Source of the DNA: Polyangiaceae bacterium
GTDB taxonomy: Bacteria; Myxococcota_A; Polyangia; Polyangiales; Polyangiaceae
Direction: 5' to 3'
Length of the DNA stretch: 42,672 bases
Assembly (NCBI GenBank): GCA_029261965.1
Contig: JAJDAH010000357.1
Span: 1 to 42,672 of the forward strand
Positions 1 through 8,620 of the stretch are shown one piece after another. The translations under genes were made by a program, and so were the position numbers. The notes under the pieces were generated by a model that saw only the letters and a list, made by a program, of their open reading frames with translations, had not been told where the DNA came from and did no database searches. Positions within the stretch are counted from its first letter, which is position 1, and every line of letters begins with the position of its first letter.

Positions 1-1
1 A

Positions 2-607
2 ATCGCCATCGCCATCGGCAACCCACTCGGTTACCAACACACCGTCACGACCGGCGTAGTGAGTGCATTGGGGCGGTCCTTGCGCACGCGGACCGGGCGA
101 CTCGTCGACGAGGTCCTCCAGACCGATGCCGCGTTGAATCCCGGTAACTCCGGCGGTCCGCTCGTGGATTCCGACGGGCGGGTGATCGGGGTGAACACCG
201 CGATGATCCGTCCAGCTCAGGGGATTTGTTTCGCGATCGGGATCAACTTGGCCAAGGTCGTTCTCGAGCAGATGCTGCGACACGGGCGAGTCCGACGGAG
301 CCAGATCGGCGTCGCGGGGCAAAACGTACCGGTGCACCGCAAACTCCTCCGGCACTTCGGCATCGAGGGTCAGAGCGGCGTGCGCGTCGCTTCGTTCAGC
401 GACGCGAGCCCGGCGCGCGATGCGGGGCTGCGCGGTGGCGACATCGTCATCGGGCTCGACGACGATCGTGTGGAAGGAGTCGACGATCTCCATCGTCTGC
501 TGACGCATTCCCGAGTGGGTGTGCCCACCCGTGTGGTCGCTCTCCGCGGCAGCGAGCGTGTACAGGTGGAGGTGGTGCCGCACGAGCGGAGCGCCGGGGC
601 GAGCTGA
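2..607 (+). CDS. DegP/HtrA-family serine protease, C-terminal part (5' end lies upstream of window)
   Basis: The reading frame is open from position 2 ([22 protein letters not shown]...). A GNSGGPL catalytic-serine motif of S1C trypsin-like proteases is followed by a PDZ-like segment. Stop at 605-607. Confidence 0.8.
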   Translation: MAIAIGNPLGYQHTVTTGVVSALGRSLRTRTGRLVDEVLQTDAALNPGNSGGPLVDSDGRVIGVNTAMIRPAQGICFAIGINLAKVVLEQMLRHGRVRRSQIGVAGQNVPVHRKLLRHFGIEGQSGVRVASFSDASPARDAGLRGGDIVIGLDDDRVEGVDDLHRLLTHSRVGVPTRVVALRGSERVQVEVVPHERSAGAS

Positions 608-616
608 TTTCGTAGG

Positions 617-1342
617 TCAGCCGAGTGTCGCGCCGATGGCCTTGGCGATCTCCTCGCGAACGGACGCCGCGGTGACCAGGTCTTGCCGCACCTCGATCTC
701 GATGGCGCGCCGACCGTGGGTCCGGCCGTGGCGATCGGCCGCATGGATCATCCCGGCCCGACCCGAGTACGGCTCGTTCAGCCTCGCGCGAAGTCCCGTT
801 CGCTCGATCGCAGCGTTCAGCCGGCCCGCCAGCTCGACCTCTTCGTCGAACAGCACACCGACTTCGACGTCGCGCTGCCGACCTTCGTAGGTTGGGGTGA
901 ACGTGTGCACCGACAGCACGACCTGCGCCTCGCTCCGAGCAAGCTCGCGGTCGATGGCGGCGTGGTAGGGCCGGTACAGTCTGTCGAGACGACGACGTCG
1001 TTCATCGTCGTCGATCGCCTCGTTCAACCGGACGACGCGACCTTCGGCGTGACGACGAAACAAATCGACGTGTTGCTCGTCGCGATTGGGGTCGGCGAGC
1101 AGTCGAGTGAATCGCGACAGGACAGCAACACTCCCCATGGCTCCGGCGAGATCTGCAGTGAGATCGCGAGCTCCAATGTCGTGGGCCCAATGGGTATCCA
1201 CGATCCAACGATCATCTTTTTTCCATTCCCACGGCTCCGGCAACCGGGCGGAAGCGTGCTCGCAGGTGAGAAACGCCGGACCGGTACCGGAGCCAGCCCT
1301 GATGATCTCGTAGGCTTCTTCGATTTCTACCTTCACGAACAC
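617..1342 (-). CDS. N-formylglutamate amidohydrolase (FGase, HutG-like) family protein
   Basis: An FLTCEHAS motif and the overall FGase-like sequence. The longest ORF runs to 1543 but would overlap the upstream same-strand gene by 210 bp. An in-frame GTG at 1340-1342 gives a family-typical N-terminus (VFVKVEIEEAYEIIRAGSG) ~25 aa before the CEHA motif and abuts the upstream stop. The start is uncertain. Confidence 0.55.
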   Translation of the reverse strand: MFVKVEIEEAYEIIRAGSGTGPAFLTCEHASARLPEPWEWKKDDRWIVDTHWAHDIGARDLTADLAGAMGSVAVLSRFTRLLADPNRDEQHVDLFRRHAEGRVVRLNEAIDDDERRRRLDRLYRPYHAAIDRELARSEAQVVLSVHTFTPTYEGRQRDVEVGVLFDEEVELAGRLNAAIERTGLRARLNEPYSGRAGMIHAADRHGRTHGRRAIEIEVRQDLVTAASVREEIAKAIGATLG

Positions 1343-2025
1343 GGGCCGCTGCAAAACGAGCTCAAACACGTCGCGAGCGTTGACGCCTGCGTCGTTCCGC
1401 TGCCGGAGAGCTGCGTGACGCAGACGAGTCCCCGCCCGTTCGCGATGCATCCGCCGAAGATCGTCAGCGCTGTCGCGCACATCACGTCGGATTGACAGGC
1501 GCGCAGCTCTGCGCAGCAACTCGTCGCTGCACAGTTTTCGCAAGCGTTCGCACGCGGGGCGCAGCTCGGTGCCCCACCGACGCCGCCACCGCCCGCGACT
1601 CCGCCTGAGCCAGGGCTACCGCTCGAGCCCGCCGCTCCTGCGGCCCCGCTCGCTCCAGCGCTTCCTCCTTGGCCGCCGCCGCCGCTGACTCCGGCGATTC
1701 CGGCCGCGCCAGCGCTCGCGCCGGCTCCGGCTGTCGCCCCTGATCCCGAGGCGCCTGCGGTGCCTCCGGTCGCGGCGGTGCCTCCGGTCGCGGCGGTGCC
1801 TCCGGTCGCTGCGGTGCCTCCGGTCGCCGCGGTGCCTCCGGTCGCCGCGGTGCCGCCAGTCCCGGCCGTGCCACCGCTCGCGCTCGTGCCACCGCTACCG
1901 CCGCCGTCCGCGACCCCACCACCAACTCCGGCGCCGCCGCCGCTACCGAGAAACCCATCGTCCTCGGCCGTGCCTGCACACGCGACAGCGACGAGGGAGC
2001 ACGACACCGATATTAGTCGCCTCAC
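1333..2025 (-). CDS. Cys-rich lipoprotein with Gly/Thr/Ala repeat linker (paralog of 2042-3016)
   Basis: A GTG start at 2025 lies 5 nt after an AAGGAG SD. The lipoprotein signal is MRRLISVSCSLVAVAC. The linker (GGTAAT)n is encoded by 18 bp tandem DNA repeats at ~1755-1900. The C-terminal domain has 12+ Cys with a CxxC...CC.EL..C motif shared with the upstream paralog. Confidence 0.55.
   Translation of the reverse strand: MRRLISVSCSLVAVACAGTAEDDGFLGSGGGAGVGGGVADGGGSGGTSASGGTAGTGGTAATGGTAATGGTAATGGTAATGGTAATGGTAGASGSGATAGAGASAGAAGIAGVSGGGGQGGSAGASGAAGAAGSSGSPGSGGVAGGGGVGGAPSCAPRANACENCAATSCCAELRACQSDVMCATALTIFGGCIANGRGLVCVTQLSGSGTTQASTLATCLSSFCSGPCS
1755..1900. repeat. 18 bp tandem repeat (about 8 copies) encoding the (GGTAAT)n linker
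   Basis: The unit gtgcctccggtcgc[gc]gcg repeats head-to-tail. Confidence 0.8.
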
Positions 2026-2041
2026 GCGCACTCCTTGGCTG

Positions 2042-3016
2042 TCACAAACAAGCAGGGCACTGCGCGCGAGCGCACGCAACGAGCTGCGCCCCTCCAGGTG
2101 TGAAGGGAGCACCGAGGCACATGTTCAAGCAACCCGCCCCCGAAGCCCCACACGCCATGAAACAATCGTAGCCGGCGCTGCACGCCGGGTTCTGAAGGCA
2201 GAAGTCGAGCTCGAAACAACAGTTCTGCGCCATACAGTTGCTGCAGTCGGTCGGCCCGGACGGGCAAACGATGGGCGGTGGGGGCGGCTGCGGATCACCA
2301 CAGAATCCCCCAGCGCAGATCCCGGAACAGCAAATTCCATCAGAATTGCAGGGCTGGCCGTTGCCCACGCACATCTGCCCCATCGAGCATCGCCCGCCCA
2401 CGCACGCGAGCCCGCCGCAGCAAGGCATCTCGGGACTGCAAACCGAGCCTGGATCCCCGCACTGGCAGAAATTGCGAACGCAGCTGAAGTCGAGGCAGCA
2501 CGGCAGATCGCGAGAGCATGGTTGGCGGTCACGACCACAGAACGGAAACTCGTCGCACGCGCCATCGACACACACGAGGTTGCCGCAACACTGTTCGTCC
2601 CCGCCGCATCCCCCACCGAAGTCCTGACACGACACGCACGCACCGTTCGGGCTGCAGAGCCCGGAGCAACACGGCAGTCCCAAGTCCGTTCCACACATCG
2701 ACCCGAGATCGACGCAGCCGCCCCCCACGCCGCCCGTACCCCCGGTCCCGGTCCCGCCGGAGCCGCCTGTGCTAGTGCCGCCCGTGCCGACGCCCCCGGT
2801 TCCGTTACCACCGGTTCCGTTACCACCGGTGCCGTTGCCACCGGTGCCGGCCCCTCCCGAGCCCCCGCTGCCCATGCCGGTCCCGCCGGTGCTCGCACCC
2901 CCGGCGCCAGCATCGGCCGACCCCCCAGTGCCGGACCCGGGAAAGAAGTCACTGGTACGCCCGCCACAACCGACGAGTAAAACGAGCGCGAAGAGAAGCC
3001 CCAGCCTCACGATCAT
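2042..3016 (-). CDS. Cys-rich lipoprotein with Gly-rich (GTGGN)n linker
   Basis: ATG at 3016. Signal peptide plus lipobox MIVRLGLLFALVLLVGC. The GTGGNGTGGN repeat linker is encoded by 15 bp DNA repeats at ~2790-2850. The C-terminal domain is extremely Cys-rich (>40 Cys). It is followed 16 nt downstream by the paralog at 1333-2025. Confidence 0.65.
   Translation of the reverse strand: MIVRLGLLFALVLLVGCGGRTSDFFPGSGTGGSADAGAGGASTGGTGMGSGGSGGAGTGGNGTGGNGTGGNGTGGVGTGGTSTGGSGGTGTGGTGGVGGGCVDLGSMCGTDLGLPCCSGLCSPNGACVSCQDFGGGCGGDEQCCGNLVCVDGACDEFPFCGRDRQPCSRDLPCCLDFSCVRNFCQCGDPGSVCSPEMPCCGGLACVGGRCSMGQMCVGNGQPCNSDGICCSGICAGGFCGDPQPPPPPIVCPSGPTDCSNCMAQNCCFELDFCLQNPACSAGYDCFMACGASGAGCLNMCLGAPFTPGGAQLVACARAQCPACL
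2790..2850. repeat. 15 bp tandem repeat (about 4 copies) encoding the (GTGGN)n linker
   Basis: ccggttccgttacca / ccggtgccgttgcca repeats. Confidence 0.75.
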
Positions 3017-3091
3017 CGCGGGAGCATAGCAGACGCCTCGGGACCTTCGAGCCACGTGAGGCCTTGGAGTAAATAAGCCGCGTGGTCTCGT

Positions 3092-4063
3092 TCAGCTGGC
3101 CGCCTTGAGCGCCAGCGCTTCGTCAGCCATTTCCGCGAAGCTCATCCGAGATGCGCGCCGCCGTTCCGACTCGCTGACGAGACGCTCCAGCATGTCACCA
3201 TCGACTCCGGCTACGCGCTCGATCACCCGTCCGAACAGCACGCGGATCACAGGGTGATCGTTGTAGAGGCTCTGCATGGCCGTCATGAACCGAGCAAACG
3301 GGGACGCGGCTACTTGGGGCTTGGCGCCGAGCATCTGGATTCGCTTGAACGCCTCTTTCATTCGCTTGCCCGACGGATCGAGCATTTCCATTGGTTGAAA
3401 AAACACGCTCTTGAAGAACGGGGCGGCGTAGTAGCCGGTGTTTAGGAGGGCCCAGACCGCGCGCGCTCGATGCGAGAGCGGGCGTGGAGGCCGGGCCCGG
3501 ACCCTCCGCGCGTGCTCGGTCGAGCAGTAGTACTCGACCATGTGAAAGTCGATCGCGATGTGGCGTGATTCATCGCGATTGATGAGATCCATCGCCTGCT
3601 GACTCATGTCGTCGCCGACGTAGTCGTTGAGCGATCGAAGTAGCGCGATGTCCAGGATGAGCTCGCCGCCGGTGATATAGGCGTTGGCGAGCTCCGGGGC
3701 GAGGTACTTGATCAGGTCGACGAAGTGAGGCGTGAACTTTCTGAGCGCGGGGTTGAGCTCGTAGACGCGATAGTGATTCACGTCGTAGTAGTCAGCGAGC
3801 ATTTGCGCTGCGTGCGAGTGCCTCACCTCGTCCTTGACGAAGGTTCGGAAGATCTCGCGAAGTACGGGGTCGTCGACCTTCCGCCGCTGCTCCTCGAAAA
3901 GGGCCCCCGCGAGCCTTTCGATGCCGGCCATGTCGGTGAAGTACTGGACGATGGTCGTTTCGTCAGCCTCGCTCATGTCGCGAGGCCTTTGACTCCAGTC
4001 CAAATCGCCGACACGCCACTGCTCGCGACGGCACTTTTCCAACATCCGGTCGAGATTCTGCAT
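3092..4063 (-). CDS. ferritin-like di-iron carboxylate protein (AurF / p-aminobenzoate N-oxygenase-like family)
   Basis: Two ExxH motifs (DEVRHSHAAQ and DESRHIAID) ~90 aa apart, typical of di-iron oxygenases. An internal ATG at 4063 (MQNLDRMLEK...) was chosen because the upstream 140 aa of the long ORF is Ala/Ser/Arg-rich and low in complexity. Confidence 0.55.
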   Translation of the reverse strand: MQNLDRMLEKCRREQWRVGDLDWSQRPRDMSEADETTIVQYFTDMAGIERLAGALFEEQRRKVDDPVLREIFRTFVKDEVRHSHAAQMLADYYDVNHYRVYELNPALRKFTPHFVDLIKYLAPELANAYITGGELILDIALLRSLNDYVGDDMSQQAMDLINRDESRHIAIDFHMVEYYCSTEHARRVRARPPRPLSHRARAVWALLNTGYYAAPFFKSVFFQPMEMLDPSGKRMKEAFKRIQMLGAKPQVAASPFARFMTAMQSLYNDHPVIRVLFGRVIERVAGVDGDMLERLVSESERRRASRMSFAEMADEALALKAAS

Positions 4064-4160
4064 GCGGGAGCGAACCTTTTGCTTCACTTTACCACGCAGT
4101 TCGAGAAATGCGCTTGAATGACCCGACCCGAGGGCGCAACGAATGCGCGAAGGCTCGCGC

Positions 4161-5210
4161 ATGGCGCTGACGAAGGACGACCGTGTTTTTACGGGCGCAT
4201 TGGTGCTCGCCGTGGCTCTGCATGCGGCGGGATTCGCTGCGGCAGTGCTCGCCCCACGAGAACACCGGCTTTGCATGGCTCCGGCAAGGTCGTCCGACGA
4301 CCTCCGCGTGTGGATCGAGTACGAGCCATTCGCCGAGAACATCGACCGCCACACGCCGGAGAGCGACCGTGCGGTCGACGCCCCGGACAAGCACATCGCT
4401 TTCCGGCGCGATGCCCGCTCCGAGCGGCCGAGCCTGGGATCCACCCAGCTTCGCGCGTCGGTCGAGGCCGTCGAGTCTGCCGAGGCCATCGAGTCGGGGC
4501 CTCACGAAGGATCTTCGTCGCCCACGAAACCCGGTTTGACGCTCGAACAGCTCGGCATCGCCGGCCGCAGTCGCGTGGGACTCTGGGGTGCAGACCAGCT
4601 CGGGACGAAGAAAAGGCGACCCGCTGTCGAGGAGTCGATGCGACGAGAGCTCGGGCGTCGTCGAGCCGAGGTCGGTCTCGGCGCTGGCGGTCCAGTCGTC
4701 ACCGCCCTCGAGCTCGCCGCGCGTTCGACGAATACCCCCCACAGCGGAAACGCCACGTTCCTTGCCCGCGTTGGCCCTGCGGGCAAGGTGCTCGGAATCG
4801 ACGTCTTGAGTGTGACCCGCGACTATCAAGCGTGGGCCCGGGCAGCGCGCCATGCCGTGGCCGCTTTGGCCGGCCGCGCGATGAGAGTCCCGGGCGACTC
4901 GAAAGGCGTCGACGTCGTGGTGGAAATCCGGTCGCGAGTTCAACTGCCGAGCGGCGCCGATCCCGGCGTCGCTGTCGACCTCTTCGGGTTGCCGGTCAAG
5001 TTGGGTCGCGGCAAGCACTCCACCAAGGTTTCGATCCTGACGCCCGTGCTTCGGCTCGAACCCATGGATCTCGGCGTGCCGGGCGGGGATTCGAAGCTTC
5101 CCGCCATCGTTTTCGGAATCGAAATGGGAGTGTTCGGGGATCCGGCGGACATCGGCGCGGCTGAACAGCGCGTCGTGAGCGGTCGCGTGCTCAGAGAAGA
5201 ACCGCTCTAG
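4161..5210 (+). CDS. hypothetical membrane-anchored protein (single N-terminal TM, periplasmic C-terminal domain)
   Basis: MALTKDDRVFTGALVLAVALHAAGFAAAVLAP, a TM helix right after the start. Reasonable GC3 codon bias. The competing antisense ORF 4089-5363 is Arg-rich low-complexity. An alternative start lies at 4143. Confidence 0.5.
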   Translation: MALTKDDRVFTGALVLAVALHAAGFAAAVLAPREHRLCMAPARSSDDLRVWIEYEPFAENIDRHTPESDRAVDAPDKHIAFRRDARSERPSLGSTQLRASVEAVESAEAIESGPHEGSSSPTKPGLTLEQLGIAGRSRVGLWGADQLGTKKRRPAVEESMRRELGRRRAEVGLGAGGPVVTALELAARSTNTPHSGNATFLARVGPAGKVLGIDVLSVTRDYQAWARAARHAVAALAGRAMRVPGDSKGVDVVVEIRSRVQLPSGADPGVAVDLFGLPVKLGRGKHSTKVSILTPVLRLEPMDLGVPGGDSKLPAIVFGIEMGVFGDPADIGAAEQRVVSGRVLREEPL

Positions 5211-5255
5211 CAGGCGTGTTAAGAAACACCCTGCTCCAGAAGAACCGTGCCCGCG
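5208..5255 (+). promoter_or_regulatory. conserved post-stop hairpin motif, copy A
   Basis: TAGCAGGcgtgttaaGAAACACCCTGCTCCAGAAgaaCCGTGC. Imperfect inverted repeat AGCAGGcGTG...CACcCTGCT. It starts on the TAG stop of ORF 4161-5210 and shares a 19 nt identical core with copy B. Confidence 0.5.
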
Positions 5256-5379
5256 AGAAACATTCTCGCCTCGGTGGAACCCGCGCTCGCACGGGACCCG
5301 AAAACACGACTGCAGCGCTCCTGCAGTTCTCGGATGCGGCTTTGCTGCCCCTGCCGATTCCACTCGGCGGTATTACGAA

Positions 5380-6429
5380 GTGGTCGTGACGAACACACCC
5401 GAGTGGTTTCAGAAGGCGATCGGGACCAGATTCGACGAACACGTCGTCGAGGTCGACGGCTGCCCCGTTCACTACGTGCGGTGGGGTGACACCGCCAACC
5501 CCGGAATCGTCTTGGTGCACGGTGGCGCTGCGCACGCCCACTGGTGGTCTTTCCTCGCGCCACTCTTGACCGATCGCTTCAGCGTCGTTGCCATCGACAT
5601 GAGTGGCCACGGCGAAAGCGGTCGTCGCGAGGACTACCCTCGCCGAACCTGGGCGAAAGAGGTCATCCGGGTGAGTGAGCACGCGAGCTTCGTCGGGCCG
5701 CCGATTCTCGTGGGTCACAGCCTAGGCGGGCTCGTCGGGATCGTCGCCGCCGCCCTGTACGGAGACCATCTCGCCGGGGCGATCATCGTCGACGCGCCGG
5801 TCAGGAAACCGGACCCGGAAACTCAGGAAGGTCGCCGCGGCGGCGGAATGTTCCGCAACCCGAAAATCTATCCGACGCTCGACGAGGCATTAGAACACTT
5901 TCACCTCGTACCGCCCCAGCCCTGCGAGAACCAGTTCGTGCTCGACCACATCGGCCGACACTCACTGAAAGAAACCAAGGATGGTTTCACCTGGAAGTTC
6001 GACCCGAGGATCTTTTCCCTCGCTCACCCTGAGGCCATGCACGAGCACCTGGCCAATGTGAAGTGCCGAGTCGCGCTCATGCGCGGGCAGAAGAGCATCG
6101 TCGTACCACCGGAAACGGGCGAATACATGTACGAGCTACTCCGCCGCAACGCACCGGTAGTCGAAATTCCCGAGGCGTATCACCACCTGATCCTCGACCA
6201 GCCTCTCGCGTTCATCGCGGCTCTCCGAGCGCTGCTCGCCGACTGGGAGCATTCAGTCCCCCGGACGGCACCCAGTCCCCCGGACGGCACTGCGTCCTCG
6301 GACGGCACTGCGTCCTCGGACGGACCGCGCTCCCCCGACCGACCGCGCTCCCCCGACCGACCGCACTCCTCGGACCCCGAGCCCGGCGACCCGCGCCTCG
6401 TGAAAGCGTCTCAGGTAGCGACGCAGTAG
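5380..6429 (+). CDS. alpha/beta-hydrolase fold protein
   Basis: HGGAAHAHWW oxyanion region and a GHSLGG nucleophile elbow. The C-terminal ~55 aa is a low-complexity repeat tail (PPDGTASSDGTASSDGPRSPDRPRSPDRP) encoded by tandem 18 bp repeats. Confidence 0.75.
   Translation: MVVTNTPEWFQKAIGTRFDEHVVEVDGCPVHYVRWGDTANPGIVLVHGGAAHAHWWSFLAPLLTDRFSVVAIDMSGHGESGRREDYPRRTWAKEVIRVSEHASFVGPPILVGHSLGGLVGIVAAALYGDHLAGAIIVDAPVRKPDPETQEGRRGGGMFRNPKIYPTLDEALEHFHLVPPQPCENQFVLDHIGRHSLKETKDGFTWKFDPRIFSLAHPEAMHEHLANVKCRVALMRGQKSIVVPPETGEYMYELLRRNAPVVEIPEAYHHLILDQPLAFIAALRALLADWEHSVPRTAPSPPDGTASSDGTASSDGPRSPDRPRSPDRPHSSDPEPGDPRLVKASQVATQ
6268..6380. repeat. two short tandem repeats (18 bp x2.3 and 18 bp x2.7) at the 3' end of the hydrolase gene
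   Basis: ggacggcactgcgtcctc x2 and ccgaccgcgctcccccga x2.7. Confidence 0.7.
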
Positions 6430-7685
6430 AGTCGATACACGTGCACGTCGCGGTTGAGGTAACCGCCAGTGATGCCGGCGAGAAAAATCTGCCAGGCGCG
6501 AAAAGTCGCCTTGCCGAGATTTTTTGTCATGAGCTCTTCACTCGCCATCATGCGCTCGTACCAAGCCGTCGTCGTCTTGGCGTAGTGGAACGTCAGGTTG
6601 ACCAGTTTGTCGACTTGGAAGCCGTTCTTCTCCAGCGCGCGAACGTGCTCGCCGACGGTGAACCAGTGAAAACCCGGCCAGACGTACTTCTTGTTGAAAC
6701 TGATGCCGACGCTGAATTCGATCGGGAGCGGCTTGTACACGGTCATCAGCGCGTGGTGGAGATAGCGACCGCCGGGTTTGATTCGTTTCCGAACGTTCTT
6801 CACGTAGGGAACCAGACCGCGCGGCCCGACGTGGCTGACCATCCCTGTCGACGTGATGTGATCGTAGACTCGTTTGTCCAGGCGGTAGTCGCCCTCGTTG
6901 AGCTCCCACTTCTTTTTGTCGTGGTCCTCCAGCAGGCGGCGACCCTCGGTCGCTTGGTTGCGTGAATGCGTCCACCCCACGACCTTGCCGAGGTCGTAGT
7001 TTTCGAGCGCCACCTCGAGCTGGCCGCCGTAACCGCAACCGACATCGAGCATCGTCTCGCCGGGCTTGGGATTGATGTAGTCGACCGCATCCTTGAACTT
7101 TCGCCATTGAGCTTTTTCGAGCGAATCCCAGTCGTCTTCTCGACCCTTGCCGACACGCAATAGCGACTCGATGTCGAGGTTGTCCGGATCCTCGAACATG
7201 CCGCACGAATAGGACATGTAGCGCCGGTCCAGGTATTCGTTGAGCGCTTCTTGAGGAATGTCGTAGTGACTCTTGACGCTGACGCTCGCGCGACTCGTGT
7301 CCTGAAACGCCGTGAAATCGAGCAACCGGCCAGCGAAGTGCCAGGGCATCATCTTGAAGCGACCGTGCTTGCGTATCGACGGGAGCGCGTAGAGGTTGCC
7401 CGTGAAATCGACTTCGCCTTCGAGGAAGCGCTCGAGGAAGCGCATGCCGTCGAGACGAAGCAAGTCGCGCCCCGCGGCTTCGGTGCGGATGTTCACGTAG
7501 AGTGGTTTTCCACTGAAATGCGGTTCCCGTCCGCCCACCGAGTAGGTGTCACCGCGCCAGTCGGTGATGACGACCTGCCAGGGGAAAACACCAAAACCGT
7601 ACTCGGCGAAGCTCTTGAGCTCATCGGCGAGCGACGAGCCGGTGCCCTGGAACGCTTGGCTGATTCGGCTTCGGATTGATTCCAT
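6411..7685 (-). CDS. cyclopropane-fatty-acyl-phospholipid synthase family SAM-dependent methyltransferase
   Basis: LDVGCGYGG SAM-binding motif and a CFA-synthase-like C-terminal region (GGRYLHH). ATG at 7685 is preceded by GGAGGGAG. It is convergent with the hydrolase gene, overlapping by 19 bp. Confidence 0.75.
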   Translation of the reverse strand: MESIRSRISQAFQGTGSSLADELKSFAEYGFGVFPWQVVITDWRGDTYSVGGREPHFSGKPLYVNIRTEAAGRDLLRLDGMRFLERFLEGEVDFTGNLYALPSIRKHGRFKMMPWHFAGRLLDFTAFQDTSRASVSVKSHYDIPQEALNEYLDRRYMSYSCGMFEDPDNLDIESLLRVGKGREDDWDSLEKAQWRKFKDAVDYINPKPGETMLDVGCGYGGQLEVALENYDLGKVVGWTHSRNQATEGRRLLEDHDKKKWELNEGDYRLDKRVYDHITSTGMVSHVGPRGLVPYVKNVRKRIKPGGRYLHHALMTVYKPLPIEFSVGISFNKKYVWPGFHWFTVGEHVRALEKNGFQVDKLVNLTFHYAKTTTAWYERMMASEELMTKNLGKATFRAWQIFLAGITGGYLNRDVHVYRLYCVAT

Positions 7686-7842
7686 CGGTGCTCCCTCCGG
7701 TCGGGGATGGACGCAGTACCTCGCCCAAACGGCGGGCGAAAGTGGCCTTACACACCGGGGCTCCGCAAGGCACCTCACGCGGCGCGTTAACACTTCTTCA
7801 CCGAGCCCCCCGACCGGGCTTCACACACGGGCCACAAGTTCA

Positions 7843-7867
7843 GGGGGCGGCGGGTTCTGCCGCCCCC
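7843..7867 (+). promoter_or_regulatory. GC hairpin in the 5' leader of the cpxP-like gene
   Basis: GGGGGCGGC-gggttct-GCCGCCCCC, a perfect 9 bp stem. It ends 4 nt before the AAGGAG SD and is followed by no T-run. Confidence 0.4.
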
Positions 7868-7881
7868 GAAAAGGAGAAAAG

Positions 7882-8337
7882 ATGCTGGGATTTTTGTTCG
7901 GTTCCGCGTGTTTAGTCGGGCTTTTTGTGGTGCTCCGGCGAGGCCACTGGGGCCGCGGCGGCTTTGGAGGCGGGCGGAGGTTCTTCCTCCGGCGCGTATT
8001 CGAACGGCTCGACACCACGCCGGGCCAGGAGAAGGTGATTCGCGACGCCGTGGACGAATTCGTCGACAGCGCCGGCGCCCTCAAGAGCGAAGCCAAGCGG
8101 TCGCGCGAAGACGTCGCCAATGCCATGCGCGGCGCATCGATCGACGAGACAGTCTTTGGGGAGCTGTTCTCACGCCAGGACGACGGAATTCAGATCGTCC
8201 GCAAGGAGCTGTTCGGAATGCTCGCCCGAGTGCATGACGCGCTGGACGAGAAACAACGTCGGCTACTCGCCGACATGATCGAGTCGGGGCCGTCATGGTC
8301 CTGGCGCCGCCACGGCCCATCGAATCGGTGGGCCTGA
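7882..8337 (+). CDS. CpxP/Spy/ZraP-like periplasmic stress protein (LTxxQ-type motifs)
   Basis: ATG at 7882 lies 6 nt after AAGGAG. It has an N-terminal hydrophobic signal/anchor, a Gly-rich segment, and two LTxxQ-like motifs (LDTTPGQ, LDEKQ). It sits directly upstream of an OmpR-family two-component pair. The upstream 112 codons of the long ORF are antisense to the CFA synthase and were discarded. Confidence 0.55.
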   Translation: MLGFLFGSACLVGLFVVLRRGHWGRGGFGGGRRFFLRRVFERLDTTPGQEKVIRDAVDEFVDSAGALKSEAKRSREDVANAMRGASIDETVFGELFSRQDDGIQIVRKELFGMLARVHDALDEKQRRLLADMIESGPSWSWRRHGPSNRWA

Positions 8338-8370
8338 ATAACCTCGTCGAACCAGAAGGGAGAACCCATC

Positions 8371-8559
8371 GTGAAACGAAAAGCACTGATCGCCTTGCTC
8401 GCTGCGGGAGCCATCGGCGGCTTCGCCGCGGGCTGCGCCAAGATGTCCCACCACCGCCACCATCATCACCGCGCCGCCTTCGAGAGTCGCATCGCGGACG
8501 TCTGCGTGAGCGCCGCTCACCGAGTCATGTCGCGTTCATCGAGCAGCGAGATCCGATAG
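8371..8559 (+). CDS. small His-rich lipoprotein (62 aa)
   Basis: A GTG start lies 9 nt after AAGGGAG. Textbook lipoprotein signal MKRKALIALLAAGAIGGFAAGC. The mature part contains HHRHHHHR, a possible metal-binding stretch. It sits between the cpxP-like gene and the response regulator. Confidence 0.5.
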   Translation: MKRKALIALLAAGAIGGFAAGCAKMSHHRHHHHRAAFESRIADVCVSAAHRVMSRSSSSEIR

Positions 8560-8600
8560 CAGGGTCTTGAAACACCCTGCTCCAGAAAAAATCCGTGCTG
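8557..8600 (+). promoter_or_regulatory. conserved post-stop hairpin motif, copy B
   Basis: TAGCAGGGTcttGAAACACCCTGCTCCAGAAaaaatCCGTGC. Perfect 8 bp inverted repeat AGCAGGGT/ACCCTGCT. It starts on the TAG stop of the His-rich lipoprotein ORF and ends 21 nt before the response-regulator ATG. Confidence 0.5.
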
Positions 8601-8620
8601 CTAGACTGCCCGCGGCGCGA

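Noticed and set aside
617-1543. Full-length 308 aa version of the FGase ORF
   Set aside because: It would overlap the upstream same-strand lipoprotein gene by 210 bp. An internal GTG gives a family-typical N-terminus, so the long form is unlikely.
1760-2980. 406 aa plus-strand ORF beginning (MPPVAAV)n
   Set aside because: It is generated by reading the 18 bp tandem repeat on the opposite strand. Downstream it is Arg/Ala junk. The minus-strand frames give two lipoproteins with proper signals and Cys modules.
4089-5363. 424 aa minus-strand ORF
   Set aside because: Arg/Gly/Ser-rich low-complexity translation with no motifs. It is antisense to a plus-strand ORF that has a TM helix and better codon usage. 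This is a typical high-GC spurious ORF.
7686-7881. Search for a sigma54 (TGGCAC-N5-TTGC) or CpxR (GTAAA-N5-GTAAA) site upstream of the cpxP-like gene
   Set aside because: Only weak partial matches (for example TGGCCTTACACACC) were found, and nothing reaches consensus. They are not reported as sites.
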